A DNA stretch of 61,580 nt, the filler included, from Stramenopiles sp. TOSAG23-3 (taxonomy: Eukaryota), in the NCBI GenBank assembly GCA_900128585.1. It is 19 parts of 19 records of this genome, joined end to end, with 100 filler letters (N's around TTAATTAATTAA, not from the genome) between each part and the next. Parts side by side here need not be neighbours in the genome. Positions count along the whole stretch, not along the records: positions 19,549 to 22,698 come from LT644388.1; positions 22,799 to 25,946 come from LT644389.1; positions 26,047 to 29,194 come from LT644390.1; positions 29,295 to 32,441 come from LT644391.1; positions 32,542 to 35,687 come from LT644392.1; 14 more parts are not named here. The stretch is one strand, 5' to 3'. Below are positions 22,099-32,542 of the stretch, one piece after another. The notes beneath the pieces are model-generated. The model made no database searches, was not told where the DNA came from, and saw only the letters and a list, made by a program, of their open reading frames with translations. The number at the start of each line of letters is the position of its first letter. Within the stretch, counting starts at the first letter, position 1. A program made the position numbers and the translations under genes.

Positions 22099-22207
22099 GA
22101 ATGATAAAGGTTTAACCACATACCTTAAATATACCACAGTGCAAACCTTTTAAATGAAATAAAGAATAAATGTTTTAATCACTTTAAAAAACAAATTATA
22201 TAGTATG

Positions 22208-22280
22208 AAATAACAGCCAATTTTCTTGTTAAAAAATTATATATAAAATACTTAAATAACAGCCAATTATTTTCTTGTTT
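22208..22280 (+). repeat. Two cores of the dispersed repeat
   Basis: AAATAACAGCCAATTTTCTTGTT and TACTTAAATAACAGCCAATTATTTTCTTGTTT. Confidence 0.85.
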
Positions 22281-22798
22281 TTATTTTAAGATTAAAGTAT
22301 TAGATGGAACACTGTTATTCTCCTCGATGATGATGGTGGTGTTTTTTCATTGCTGCTGTTGTAAAGAAGATAAAGATAATTAAGTTTTTTTCAACAATAT
22401 TACTATGTTTATTATAGTATATAGATATACCGTTACTGAGACCTGGATGTCCCTCATTGATGATCCAACAGGTACATAACACTGTATTATAATATTATAT
22501 AGGTTAATAAATATATTACAATACATAATAAGTATAAAATATATAATAAAACAATGCCACAGCATCAATCGATTTTACTGTCCGTCCACCATCCACTCAT
22601 TCCTTCTTTCTTCACTTTTTATATTAGAGAGCTGACAACGAACGTTTGCTGAACACGCATTCATAGGAAATACCGAACCACTTTATAAGTATAAACTANN
22701 NNNNNNNNNNNNNNNNNNNNNNNNNNNNNNNNNNNNNNNNNNTTAATTAATTAANNNNNNNNNNNNNNNNNNNNNNNNNNNNNNNNNNNNNNNNNNNN

Positions 22799-23273
22799 TT
22801 TTGGTAGACGAAGGGAACGCAGAAGAAAGGGATTTTGCAAAGCCTTTCCGCTGCGGGGATTTGCTGCCACTGGGCAGTTTCCGCTGGCGGGCTCGATCAA
22901 GATTTGGCTGCTTCTTGTTTATTAACCCGAGCAGGTCACTTTTCCATGCAACTATTTCGTCTTTTATTTTAGTCTTTATTTTGTCCACGGCGCACGTTGT
23001 GACGAAGTATATACTGACATATGGCGTGTGTAGCCACCCACTCGGGAAAGTCTTCAAGTCCCGCATATTGTTTGAAAAAAATGGCACCTTTTTGCTAAAA
23101 TTAATGGACAGCTGGTTGACAGGCACCGGTGCAGCTACGAGCGATGTTGTCCAGGTAACACTGGGCAACGTCATCACGCCAAATGGGAATATGTTTTTAT
23201 CATCCACTACATGTATATTGATACCGCTTCCTATGTCTACGATTGGCAGCTCTTCGGCTCCGTCCGCCGCCAT
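22799..23273 (-). CDS. TRAPPC10/Trs130-like N-terminus (3' truncated)
   Basis: LPSVTW..VNQLSINF and PYVSIYFVTT..DKIKTKIKDEIVAW resemble the TRAPPC10 N-terminus. First in-frame ATG at 23273. Confidence 0.6.
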
Positions 23274-23833
23274 CTCCACACACCCCAAGTCGCTGTGTAA
23301 CGTTGTGATCACGCGTCCCAATAGGTCGTCATAAAATCTTTCCAACCAACTCTTCTCCCCGCAAATTATGGTTGGATCATGCAAAAAACTTATTGTACCT
23401 AATTTTTTTCTTTCCTATTTATTTATAAAGGCGTACATTAGTTGTGATTTTAAATACCCAGTCTTCTTTTGTTGTGTAATTATTACTTTAGTTTTTTTAT
23501 TTATTATTATTATTTTTTTTTTTTATTAATTATTATATATTTTTTAATATTATTATTATTTTTTATTTGTCGTCGTGCTCCCCCCATCATCGATCATCAT
23601 CATCAATAGAAGAAGAAGAAGAAGAAGAAGAAGGAGAGGAGGAGGAGGAGAAGGCCTGATATATGCTATGATGGGTTGGTTGGGTGGTGAGTTTTATTGT
23701 TGTCTTGTAATTGTTACGATTGTTACGTCTACCATATTAGCTAGCTCTTATGATATATATTACGAACACAACTCTGTGAGAAAAAAAGTTTAGAAAAGGT
23801 CCTTGTTTTTGAAACAATTTTTCTTTTGCTTTT

Positions 23834-25009
23834 TTACACCTTCGAGTAATCCAGTTTGCTTTCCAATTTCTTGGCCTCTGCCATTTTTCTACAGGCTTTC
23901 AAAAGGTCCTCTTCCAACACGTAATCGCGGTTGGCACGGATGGCAAAGATGCCGCCCTCGGTGCATACGTTCCTCAGATCGGCCCCATTGAAGCCATCGC
24001 TCAGCTTGACAATTGCCTCGAAATCAATGTCGCCTTGGGTCTTGATCTTTTTCGCGTGGATTTTAACAATGTCCATTCTCGAGGCATCATTTGGCAACGG
24101 AATTTCAATTTTCCTATCCAAACGACCCGGGCGCAAAAGTGCGGGGTCCAATATGTCCGGTCGGTTTGTCGCCATCACGATCTTGACTTGGCCTAATGCT
24201 TCGAAACCGTCCAATTGGTTCAACAACTCCATCAGCGTGCGCTGAATCTCGCGGTCGGCGCTGGTACCTTCCCCGGCGCGCTTTCCCCCGATGGCATCGA
24301 TTTCGTCCATGAAGATCACGCATGGCTCGTGGTCCCGTGCGTACCCGAACATTTCTCGAATCAAACGCGCACTTTCGCCGATGTATTTGTCCACAATTGC
24401 ACTTGCAACTATCTTCAAAAAGGTCGCATTCAAGTTACACGCTAGCGCTCTCGCAAGCAGCGTCTTTCCCGTTCCCGGCGGACCGTAGAGCAGGACACCC
24501 TTTGGCGGTTTTATGCCCACACGCAAAAACAAGTCCGGGGACGTGAGTGGCAGCTCGATAGTTTCCCTTAACTCCCGAATTTGATCGTTCAGTCCGCCTA
24601 TGCTGGCCCACGAGACTTTCCCGGGGTCTTCGTTCAGCATATTATAAACATTGGGGTCAACTTCGCGGGGAAGGACTCTCATGATCGTGTGAGTGGTCAT
24701 GTCAAGCGTGCAGCGCACACCGGGTTTCAACGTTTCTTCTTTGATTTTCTTCCTGCAGCCAACCACATACCGTGGGCCCGACGAGGCTTTTACGATGTAC
24801 TTATCGTTGTCTAACTTTTTCAAAACTTCCCCAATGATCTGGCCGACACTCTGAAGCGCTTTCAAATCGTTCTCCGTCTTGGCAAACTGTTTCTGTAAAT
24901 CTCTGGTCGATTCCCTCAATTCTTTGATTTTTGAATCAACCTCACGGTGCTCTAAAATCGTCCGCTTGCACTGTGCAATTTCACGCTCGCGCGCCGTTTG
25001 TTCCGCCAT
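23834..25009 (-). CDS. RPT4: 26S proteasome AAA-ATPase subunit Rpt4 (PSMC6)
   Basis: [46 protein letters not shown], and C-terminal KKLESKLDY. Confidence 0.97.
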   Translation of the reverse strand: MAEQTAREREIAQCKRTILEHREVDSKIKELRESTRDLQKQFAKTENDLKALQSVGQIIGEVLKKLDNDKYIVKASSGPRYVVGCRKKIKEETLKPGVRCTLDMTTHTIMRVLPREVDPNVYNMLNEDPGKVSWASIGGLNDQIRELRETIELPLTSPDLFLRVGIKPPKGVLLYGPPGTGKTLLARALACNLNATFLKIVASAIVDKYIGESARLIREMFGYARDHEPCVIFMDEIDAIGGKRAGEGTSADREIQRTLMELLNQLDGFEALGQVKIVMATNRPDILDPALLRPGRLDRKIEIPLPNDASRMDIVKIHAKKIKTQGDIDFEAIVKLSDGFNGADLRNVCTEGGIFAIRANRDYVLEEDLLKACRKMAEAKKLESKLDYSKV

Positions 25010-26188
25010 ATCGATTGTACTGAAGTAAACTTGCTGGTCTTGCTGACACACTGTTTGAGATCTGTGTAAGAGTGAACGAAGACTACCTACAAACAACAAC
25101 TATTTTTAACAATTGAATTATTATCGAAAACTTTCAGCCCAATTTCTTGTCAATTCTATTTTTAACTGTATGAATCATCTGTGGGGGAGGGCTCTCAGTT
25201 TTTAACAACTGCGCTTGTACGTGCGCTTGTGCGTGTGTTTGCTAGAAATTGCTGTTAGATTTTTTATTATGGAAGAAGGAAGGAAGAAGGAAGGAAGGAA
25301 TGAAGGAAGGAAGGGATTGATAATATTTATTATAAATATTAATATATAGAAATAGTATGGATGGGGGAAGGGATTCTTTTTTTTGATTGATTGTGATAGG
25401 GGAAATAGAAAAGAAGAAAAAATAAGAATCTTTTGTTCATCTTTAGCTGTTGTGTGGTGTATCTGTTAGAATTCTTAATACAATAAGTATATTATTAGAA
25501 TACTAATATATCCTATAAAAATAATATTTAATCACTTCGAAAATGAATTCCAATTATCGATGCTATTTTCATATTAAATTTCAAACCTGGATTGAAAAAT
25601 TCAATTTTACATTGATACAGCAAGGAATACAATAATAAACAAAGATGGAAGGAAACATTTTTTAAAAATAAAGAAGAAGAATTCTTCTTTCATTTCTTCG
25701 TTGATATAAAAAATGATGAAGGAAGAATGTATATTTTTTTGTTAGAAATAGGGTTTCAGGAAAATAAAAAAATGCTGATGATGAGGAGGATGAAGAATAA
25801 GAAGATTTATTATCAGTTTTTTTTAATGATATCATATGATATTAAAAATGACAACTTTGCATTTAACTTTAGCTTAAACGTGAATTAAGTCTAGATTAGA
25901 ACATATTGTGCAAGGATACAAATGAGGCTGTTAATCTTATTTATGTNNNNNNNNNNNNNNNNNNNNNNNNNNNNNNNNNNNNNNNNNNNNTTAATTAATT
26001 AANNNNNNNNNNNNNNNNNNNNNNNNNNNNNNNNNNNNNNNNNNNNACAAAGTTGCACAAGGTAAATAGCAGGCAAAATAACAAAAAAAGGAAGAAAAAT
26101 GACATTTGAGTTTTTTTTTTTTTTTCCTCCACTGTCGGATTTAAATGAATGACTTCTACTCTAAAAAAAAAAAAAATTATAATTTTAT

Positions 26189-26417
26189 AAACAAGAAAAT
26201 TGGCTGTTATTTAAGTAACATAATTAAATTTAGCTTCCTCATACCCTAATCAATTCAATACTAGCCAATTTTTTGTTTTTATAAATTAAGCTAAGTACAC
26301 AGTAAAACTGAAAACTGTCGTTTTCGTTATACTGCAAACACTTGTCTCTGCTCCCGAGGTTTTACTTTTTTATAATTTAATAAAAAATACGCGAACACCT
26401 TTGTCACTTAGTCTTGA
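26189..26417 (-). repeat. Dispersed repeat in reverse orientation (module B plus fragments of module A)
   Basis: 26189-26250 is the reverse complement of module B plus core. 26341-26366 and 26398-26417 are reverse complements of module A segments. Confidence 0.85.
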
Positions 26418-26563
26418 CTATCATTCTGTATTAATTTGTTTTTTCATATTCTTATATGTGTAGTCCATGCATGATCCGAATCGGTATGGCGATTTGCGTC
26501 GATTAAACAAAAAAATATATACTTTTAAATGTCTTACTTTGGACATTTTGTCTGGAAGTTTTT

Positions 26564-27622
26564 TTAGTAATACACTGTCAAAGTTCTATGGTGAGGGCGC
26601 ATGGTAGCAAGACGATGCTCCCCCGTTTGCCATAAGTACCAATCCAATTCCACAGATGTAATTTCAAGCCCGAGTGCTATGCAACGGGCGTTTAGAAACT
26701 CCACTGCCTGGACAGTTGCGGCTCGAATTTCAATTTCCTCCTCTGAGCCTACAGGTATTGGAATCTTCTTGTCGATTTTAGAAGCCAGACTACCCAGGTA
26801 GACCAGTATATTTTCCTCCCGCAAAAGCTGGGGTACGCGGTAATCTGCAAACATAGTCAATTGCGACATGTCATAAAAAGTGCAGGGATGATGTTGTCGG
26901 GATGAGGATTGAAGGTCAACGATACTCTTTCTGCCAAAAGCCGCCCAGACGTCACCCACCAATATCTGAGCACGCTTATAAAAGAACACTTGCCGACCTT
27001 TGTAAACCGAATGATCCCTAAACCCTGGGAAAGAGTCTACAACCAAGTCCACCAGCATCGTGGCAGAATTGTTCGCTTGTTTTACCAAATTTATCGCTAA
27101 CCCATCGTATTTATTCATCAGCCCAACTCCCAGCTCATTTATTTTTTGCACTCGTTCGTCCGCCATAGGAATCTGCAAGGGCAAAAACCAACTTTCCAGT
27201 TCCTGCTCTGTTAGTTCCGCGAGCTTCTTCGCGTCAAATGCGTCGGGCGTACTTATAAGGACTTGCTTCAACGATACAGCCAACTGCTCGTACTCGAAAT
27301 TGTCAGTAGGCCAAAAACACCAGTTTAGAGCGTCCAAAACAAATATGTACTGCACTGTTAGGTGCCCGTCTCCCCCTTTATCTTCCCGGTCTTGGCAGTA
27401 GTGCCAGCCACACTCATCCCAGTCAACATACTCTTCCCCAACACCACATGCTCCTTCGTTTTTTGCCCGCTTTTTTATCAAATCATCCACCAACCGTCGT
27501 GCGAATTTATCCATGCACTCACCCTGGTCAATTTGAACAGATCCGGCAACCTCCATTACCTTGGCTGTAGTCCTTCGAACTGCAGCACAACTCACTGCTC
27601 CAGTTACCATGTGGCTGGACAT
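26564..27622 (-). CDS. QNG1: Queuosine salvage nucleotide N-glycosylase (DUF2419/C9orf64)
   Basis: VLDALNWCFWP, FYKRAQILVGD, LTMFADYRVPQ, EIEIRAA, LDWYLW and HHRTLTVYY. Confidence 0.93.
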   Translation of the reverse strand: MSSHMVTGAVSCAAVRRTTAKVMEVAGSVQIDQGECMDKFARRLVDDLIKKRAKNEGACGVGEEYVDWDECGWHYCQDREDKGGDGHLTVQYIFVLDALNWCFWPTDNFEYEQLAVSLKQVLISTPDAFDAKKLAELTEQELESWFLPLQIPMADERVQKINELGVGLMNKYDGLAINLVKQANNSATMLVDLVVDSFPGFRDHSVYKGRQVFFYKRAQILVGDVWAAFGRKSIVDLQSSSRQHHPCTFYDMSQLTMFADYRVPQLLREENILVYLGSLASKIDKKIPIPVGSEEEIEIRAATVQAVEFLNARCIALGLEITSVELDWYLWQTGEHRLATMRPHHRTLTVYY

Positions 27623-28340
27623 TTTTAGCTATTGCAGATTCTATTCACGTTTCTGCATTGCCTCGGTGTCGCAATTAAACAATTAGAACCCAATTTTGTG
27701 CGCCCTTCAATGCATGGGCACATTGCATCATGTCACTCACTCAGTTGTGCTTCTCTCCAGCTCTTGATAAAAAGAAAAAGTTACGGGAGTTCGCGATGAT
27801 GATTGTTGTCTTTCTTCCACAATACTCCTCATTCACTCGACGGGGTAGTACGACGGGGTACAGGTACGGTATAGGTATAATACCTACTTCCTGGTACGGT
27901 ACCTACAGGTACTACGCACAAAATAAACCACCACCTATGACATTATAAATATATATATTAGAGCTAAAACAACAAAAATTAGTCCTCCTGCTGCCGCCTA
28001 TGACGCCGAGACTTGATAAAACAATGCTGTGTCAGCTTACCGAATTTAAAAAGGAGGACGAAATTAATCCGTATTATTCTTGTGCGTGATAATCTAGACA
28101 CAGCATAGAAATTGAGAAATTATAAAATGCGGAATGAAATAAATTAGGCCCCTCCGTACAAGCATGTGAAACCTTAAAAATGGGTACGTTTCATCATCCT
28201 TCCTCCTCCTCCTCCTCTCTTTACAAAATGGATTCCGACGAGGTGGAAATTGTCAGCCAGAGCAAAGGCCGCCCTGCCGTTGCGCTTTTTTTCGACACCC
28301 TATCACTAACATTATCGCTCGTTCATGCTGTGCCATGCTA

Positions 28341-28704
28341 TTACGACAAAAGTCGATAGCGGTAGAAGGTCCGAAGAAGCCGGCCATCAATTCTTTTGTG
28401 GAATTTTTCTCTTGCAACAACCGTACCTCGCAACTCTGCGCAAAAACGTCATCGTAGTGCGAATATTCCAAGCCCCACCTTCCCGAAAGAAACCTCCAGT
28501 AACGTAGCGGGGAAAGCTCTTCAGGGCGACTTCTTCCATTGCTTGAAGTTTCTCCCAAGCCGATAGTGCCTCTTCTTTCAAGACATAGCCTGTAGTGCTC
28601 CCGCCAAAGCCTACTGCTTGGAAAATCGCCTGGGCGAGAGCCAAGGGGGGCTGCTTTCGAGAGAAGGCCTTGTTGTGATACTTGGAGCGCCTTGCTGGTG
28701 GCAT
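28341..28704 (-). pseudogene. Frameshifted small virus-like gene
   Basis: ORF MPPARR...FSRKQPPLALAQAIFQAVGF...TTMTFLRRV continues plausibly in another frame as ELRGTVVAREKF...RTFYRYRLLS*, with the stop at 28341. Confidence 0.45.
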
Positions 28705-28848
28705 GGCCTTGCTTGCAATTTACAGTTAGGAAAATGCGTCCTATATACACTGGCCGCAGAAGTAAAGAAGTGGGAGTCAAGAGCGCTGCTTGCCGCTGAG
28801 CGATTGCGGGACTGAGGGAAAGGCCAAAAGCACCTTCTGTCAGGAATT

Positions 28849-29091
28849 TTAAGTAAGCCTCGTCTGTGATAGCCTCGAGGTGCCGTCCTCAAGTATTATG
28901 CGCACGGTTGGTAATTCCTTGCCCCATGTCATCATAATGTATGATAGGCTCGCGTAGTGGTCTACTCTAGGCCTTTGTTGCTGGAATATTGGGACTTTAT
29001 ATACTCCAGTGCTGAATGTCGTGCTTGGAAGCGAGGCGCTTAACTTAAGTAATACTCTGTAAGATCGTAGAGATATTTGTACACTCTTCAT
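28849..29091 (-). CDS. Short hypothetical ORF, possibly a frameshifted remnant
   Basis: TAAAATG start context. A second frame (LEAITDEAYLKFLTEG...) is open from about 28880. Confidence 0.3.
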   Translation of the reverse strand: MKSVQISLRSYRVLLKLSASLPSTTFSTGVYKVPIFQQQRPRVDHYASLSYIMMTWGKELPTVRIILEDGTSRLSQTRLT

Positions 29092-29294
29092 TTTAAATTC
29101 AAAACTGTGCCTAGATTAATAAATTATAATTTAACAGCTCGACACTTGTTCGACATTAAAGGAACACATACGACGCCAGTTTTCTCCGTCGTTGNNNNNN
29201 NNNNNNNNNNNNNNNNNNNNNNNNNNNNNNNNNNNNNNTTAATTAATTAANNNNNNNNNNNNNNNNNNNNNNNNNNNNNNNNNNNNNNNNNNNN

Positions 29295-29540
29295 CCTTTT
29301 CTAGACATTTTTCGAACCGATGATAAGGCCATGTCGGCTGAAATTATGTTTCCATCGGTCCCCGTTCGTATGAATGGTATGGAGGTACTTCGCCCACACG
29401 ATATGGATGGGCATTTGCGTTTAAAATATGGTTCACGGTACATGAAGGATTGCTTGTCGCCATATTGGGATCATGTTAACGAGCGTGCACTGACCGTGTA
29501 CAATTATTCATGTAGAGCTATAGACAAATTATGTTTATAA
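29295..29540 (+). CDS. LicD-family nucleotidyltransferase C-terminus (5' truncated), virus-like contig
   Basis: Frame open from the contig start: FLDIF...MFP....MNG....PHD...HLRLKYG.RYM. Confidence 0.65.
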   Translation, partial: PFLDIFRTDDKAMSAEIMFPSVPVRMNGMEVLRPHDMDGHLRLKYGSRYMKDCLSPYWDHVNERALTVYNYSCRAIDKLCL

Positions 29541-29957
29541 TATTAATCGTACTTTGTATTTTAGTTTTTGCCATTTGTTTCCATCTTTGTAATATTCCCA
29601 TGCCTTTTCGTGTTCTTCAATGGTATACCTCGCTTTCGGAATGCGGTAAAAGGTGCATCCTCTTCCCATTGGATCGGGTACTTTTTTGCCAATGACAGAA
29701 GTATAATTATAAATGTACCCTGTTTCTTTGAGTAACTTGTGTTTAATGCGTACTATCTCATCGTTCCGTTCAACACCAAAGAGTCCACCATCGGTTAGTA
29801 TAGCGTCAAAGGAGTGCGAACCGTACATGGATAAAATTCTCAACCATGTAATGGTGTCAAATATGTCTCCTTTGATATCAGCATCTTCAATGTCTACGGT
29901 GACAAATTCCTTCAACAGGCGAACCTCGCGTATTCGTATTCCGACCAGTAACCACAT
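29535..29957 (-). CDS. Small SAM-methyltransferase-like protein, virus-like contig
   Basis: VTVDI..ADIKGDIFD...SFDAILTDGG resembles FtsJ-like Rossmann motifs. Confidence 0.55.
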   Translation of the reverse strand: MWLLVGIRIREVRLLKEFVTVDIEDADIKGDIFDTITWLRILSMYGSHSFDAILTDGGLFGVERNDEIVRIKHKLLKETGYIYNYTSVIGKKVPDPMGRGCTFYRIPKARYTIEEHEKAWEYYKDGNKWQKLKYKVRLIL

Positions 29958-29973
29958 TTTATATTTCTTAAAG

Positions 29974-30507
29974 TCATTTTATAGTACATATTTCAGACTC
30001 ATCGCGTTCAATGTCGGTTGTAATGCCGGCTCGTCTCCTACTCATTCCAGCACAGCCGATGAATATGTCCAGACAGTAGTACTCATCGCACGCAAAGCAT
30101 TTGCTAAGGCTATCCCTTACATTTGAATTCATATTGAATATGGTTTCAAAGATACATGGAAATACACAGTGTTCTCTATCGCATTTAACGTTTTCAATCC
30201 AACAGTCTGCACACGCACCCGTAAGACCTGCATCAACAAAGCATTCTTTCGAGGTACCCACAAAGTCTTGAAAGGCACATCCTCTAGCAATTTCCGTCAA
30301 CGTATTCCTCTTCTCATGGTACGTAGTATAGTCTTGGACCGTGGAACATTGACCACACGCACCACAGTGTTTGATGGACTCTGATATATTGCACTGTCCT
30401 TGCACTTTGTTGTCTAGATTGTATTTGGGAGCTTCGTAGAGGGTGTATATTAGTAGGAAAATAAACAAAACAATCGATAGTGTAATAAAGCACAACAGGA
30501 CTCGCAT
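29974..30507 (-). CDS. Signal-anchored cysteine-rich protein, virus-like contig
   Basis: N-terminal TM segment; HCGACGQCS, CADCW, CFACDE and CAG..RRRAGITTDIER. Confidence 0.8.
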   Translation of the reverse strand: MRVLLCFITLSIVLFIFLLIYTLYEAPKYNLDNKVQGQCNISESIKHCGACGQCSTVQDYTTYHEKRNTLTEIARGCAFQDFVGTSKECFVDAGLTGACADCWIENVKCDREHCVFPCIFETIFNMNSNVRDSLSKCFACDEYYCLDIFIGCAGMSRRRAGITTDIERDESEICTIK

Positions 30508-30529
30508 TTCTTAGTGCTCGTATGATAAT

Positions 30530-30865
30530 TTATACAATAATACCCTGTTCGTCGATATTTGTCAAAGTATAAAAATGTGGATAGGAGACCGGTATGCTAA
30601 TGTACAAGGACCCCATGCTGGTACGAAACTTCAGATCGGACCATATGGTACCTTCTGGTAAATAATAATCAAGAACGACTTCTCCATCGGACAATGGGAT
30701 GCCTTCAAAGGATGTCTCTTTCATTCGTATACTATGGCCATCGGATGTACAGTCGTATGACATTCTTGGTGTCAGTGGAACCTGTAACTCAACATTTGCA
30801 TGCTGTATTTTATGTGCATGAACAACCGATAAAATATATACTATATAGAAAAGGAAACGAAACAT
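30530..30865 (-). CDS. Secreted small protein, possibly an Hsp20/alpha-crystallin fold
   Basis: Signal peptide; YYLPE...GSLYISIP resembles the last beta-strands of Hsp20. Confidence 0.5.
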   Translation of the reverse strand: MFRFLFYIVYILSVVHAHKIQHANVELQVPLTPRMSYDCTSDGHSIRMKETSFEGIPLSDGEVVLDYYLPEGTIWSDLKFRTSMGSLYISIPVSYPHFYTLTNIDEQGIIV

Positions 30866-30909
30866 TTTAAAAGTGATTGTGTATTTAAATAAGTACTTTT
30901 TCTATTAAA
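30866..30909. promoter_or_regulatory. 44-nt divergent promoter containing palindromic TATTTAAATA
   Basis: Lies between head-to-head ATGs, both in TAAAATG context. Confidence 0.5.
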
Positions 30910-31335
30910 ATGTTTAAATATTGCATTTGGTTTAAATTAAAGGACCACCATATACTCCATCGACACATACAACGGTATGCCAAGACCTTTAACACCACCC
31001 CATTTCCGGCTCATATTACAGTTAAACATGGAATGACTTACGAAGAGGCATTGTCGTACTCGTTCATGTTCCCCCCATCCTACGAACCAATTGGTGTACC
31101 TGTGGTAACCTGTACCGAGGTGGAAGGTCGATCCTTTTACGCCATTGAACAGCCATTGACAATGGGAGCACACATATCGTTGGCATATCGATTTGCACCG
31201 TTTACTCCAGCGGAGCTTTCTGTGATATCCCCTATCGTGCGTATCTCCAGTACCGATCTAAACATATGCTTGGCCGACTGTTCGGAGGCCATCGAGAAAT
31301 GGTCTGTAGTATATAAGATGGATGAAACTATGTAA
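30910..31335 (+). CDS. 2H phosphoesterase (cyclic phosphodiesterase-like), virus-like contig
   Basis: Two HxT/S motifs: FPAHITV and AHISLAY. Confidence 0.8.
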   Translation: MFKYCIWFKLKDHHILHRHIQRYAKTFNTTPFPAHITVKHGMTYEEALSYSFMFPPSYEPIGVPVVTCTEVEGRSFYAIEQPLTMGAHISLAYRFAPFTPAELSVISPIVRISSTDLNICLADCSEAIEKWSVVYKMDETM

Positions 31336-31719
31336 ATGACCGAGTGTTATGTTTGTCTAGAATCGTGCACAACATCCGCGCCTTGCTTGTGCAAAAATTT
31401 GTATTTGCATCCCAACTGTCAAATGATAATGCGCGTGTATGAACAGAATCATTGTGGTATTTGCAAAACACCATATGAACAAGAGAAACAAATAACTAAA
31501 ATAAAAACTAGATATGTTGTCCTATGCAATTTAGTTAGTGCGGTTCTTTTGCTACTTGTATTTCATCTCTTTAATGGTCAGCCTTTTTCATTAGAGTATG
31601 ACAGCGTACCTTTTCTTGTTTTCTTCTGTTTTAGTTTTTGGTGTAGTGGATTTGCGCAAACATTACAGCAAAGGCGAAATAACTTAAATCAACCACAATA
31701 TCGTGGCCCAATGGTTTAA
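31336..31719 (+). CDS. RING-variant (C4HC3, MARCH-like) E3 ligase with two TM helices
   Basis: CYVC..PCLC...HPNC..CGICK followed by two hydrophobic segments. Confidence 0.8.
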   Translation: MTECYVCLESCTTSAPCLCKNLYLHPNCQMIMRVYEQNHCGICKTPYEQEKQITKIKTRYVVLCNLVSAVLLLLVFHLFNGQPFSLEYDSVPFLVFFCFSFWCSGFAQTLQQRRNNLNQPQYRGPMV

Positions 31720-32410
31720 AGGAGAAACTTCCAACGTTCAAACCAACTAAAAACACATGTACATATGCCCCCATCGATCGCGCACTAACTAAAATAAAGG
31801 CTAGTAAAAATATCAACACTACCAAAGGATACAGAACATAGTATTCTCGCTGCTGGATAAATAAAAGTTCATTGCTAGAAGCTTTGAACATAAGCAATTC
31901 GTCATCGTTCATTTCGCGTGGAGTTTGACCCTTTCTTCGTATTTCTCTGTAATTGGATATACCGAGCTGCTTCTTTTTGCTCAAAGTGGTAGATTCTAGT
32001 ACGTACAGTCGGTTGCTATCGTAACAACTATGGTGAAATCTATTCTCGATGTCGTCTTCAAACACATTCAAATGCAAATGGGCAATTCGGTAACCCGGTG
32101 CCTTTTCAAACAGTGACTCGTCAATCTTGCCCAACCGCTTCTCTGCATATCGTATCAAAAACATGATCTCTTTGTATAGATGGACGTAAAACATAGTCGC
32201 AACAGCTACGCACGCGTTCAATGGGTCACCCATGAAGAGAATACCATGGAAAAAAATAATCCAATACTTCCTATAAAATTCCTTTTCCATAACAACATAT
32301 TTGTACTTCATATGCATCAATGGGTACATAAAACAAAGGTAATAAAGCATCATCATCGGGAAGAAAAAGAAATACAATGACCGAACAAATGGCAAATGTC
32401 CAGTCAACAT
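31631..32410 (-). CDS. Multi-pass membrane hypothetical protein, virus-like contig
   Basis: 259-aa ATG ORF with hydrophobic N- and C-terminal blocks. Confidence 0.7.
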   Translation of the reverse strand: MLTGHLPFVRSLYFFFFPMMMLYYLCFMYPLMHMKYKYVVMEKEFYRKYWIIFFHGILFMGDPLNACVAVATMFYVHLYKEIMFLIRYAEKRLGKIDESLFEKAPGYRIAHLHLNVFEDDIENRFHHSCYDSNRLYVLESTTLSKKKQLGISNYREIRRKGQTPREMNDDELLMFKASSNELLFIQQREYYVLYPLVVLIFLLAFILVSARSMGAYVHVFLVGLNVGSFSFKPLGHDIVVDLSYFAFAVMFAQIHYTKN

Positions 32411-32542
32411 AAGAACACAGACAGACGAATAGCCGAAAAATNNNNNNNNNNNNNNNNNNNNNNNNNNNNNNNNNNNNNNNNNNNNTTAATTAATTAANNN
32501 NNNNNNNNNNNNNNNNNNNNNNNNNNNNNNNNNNNNNNNNNA

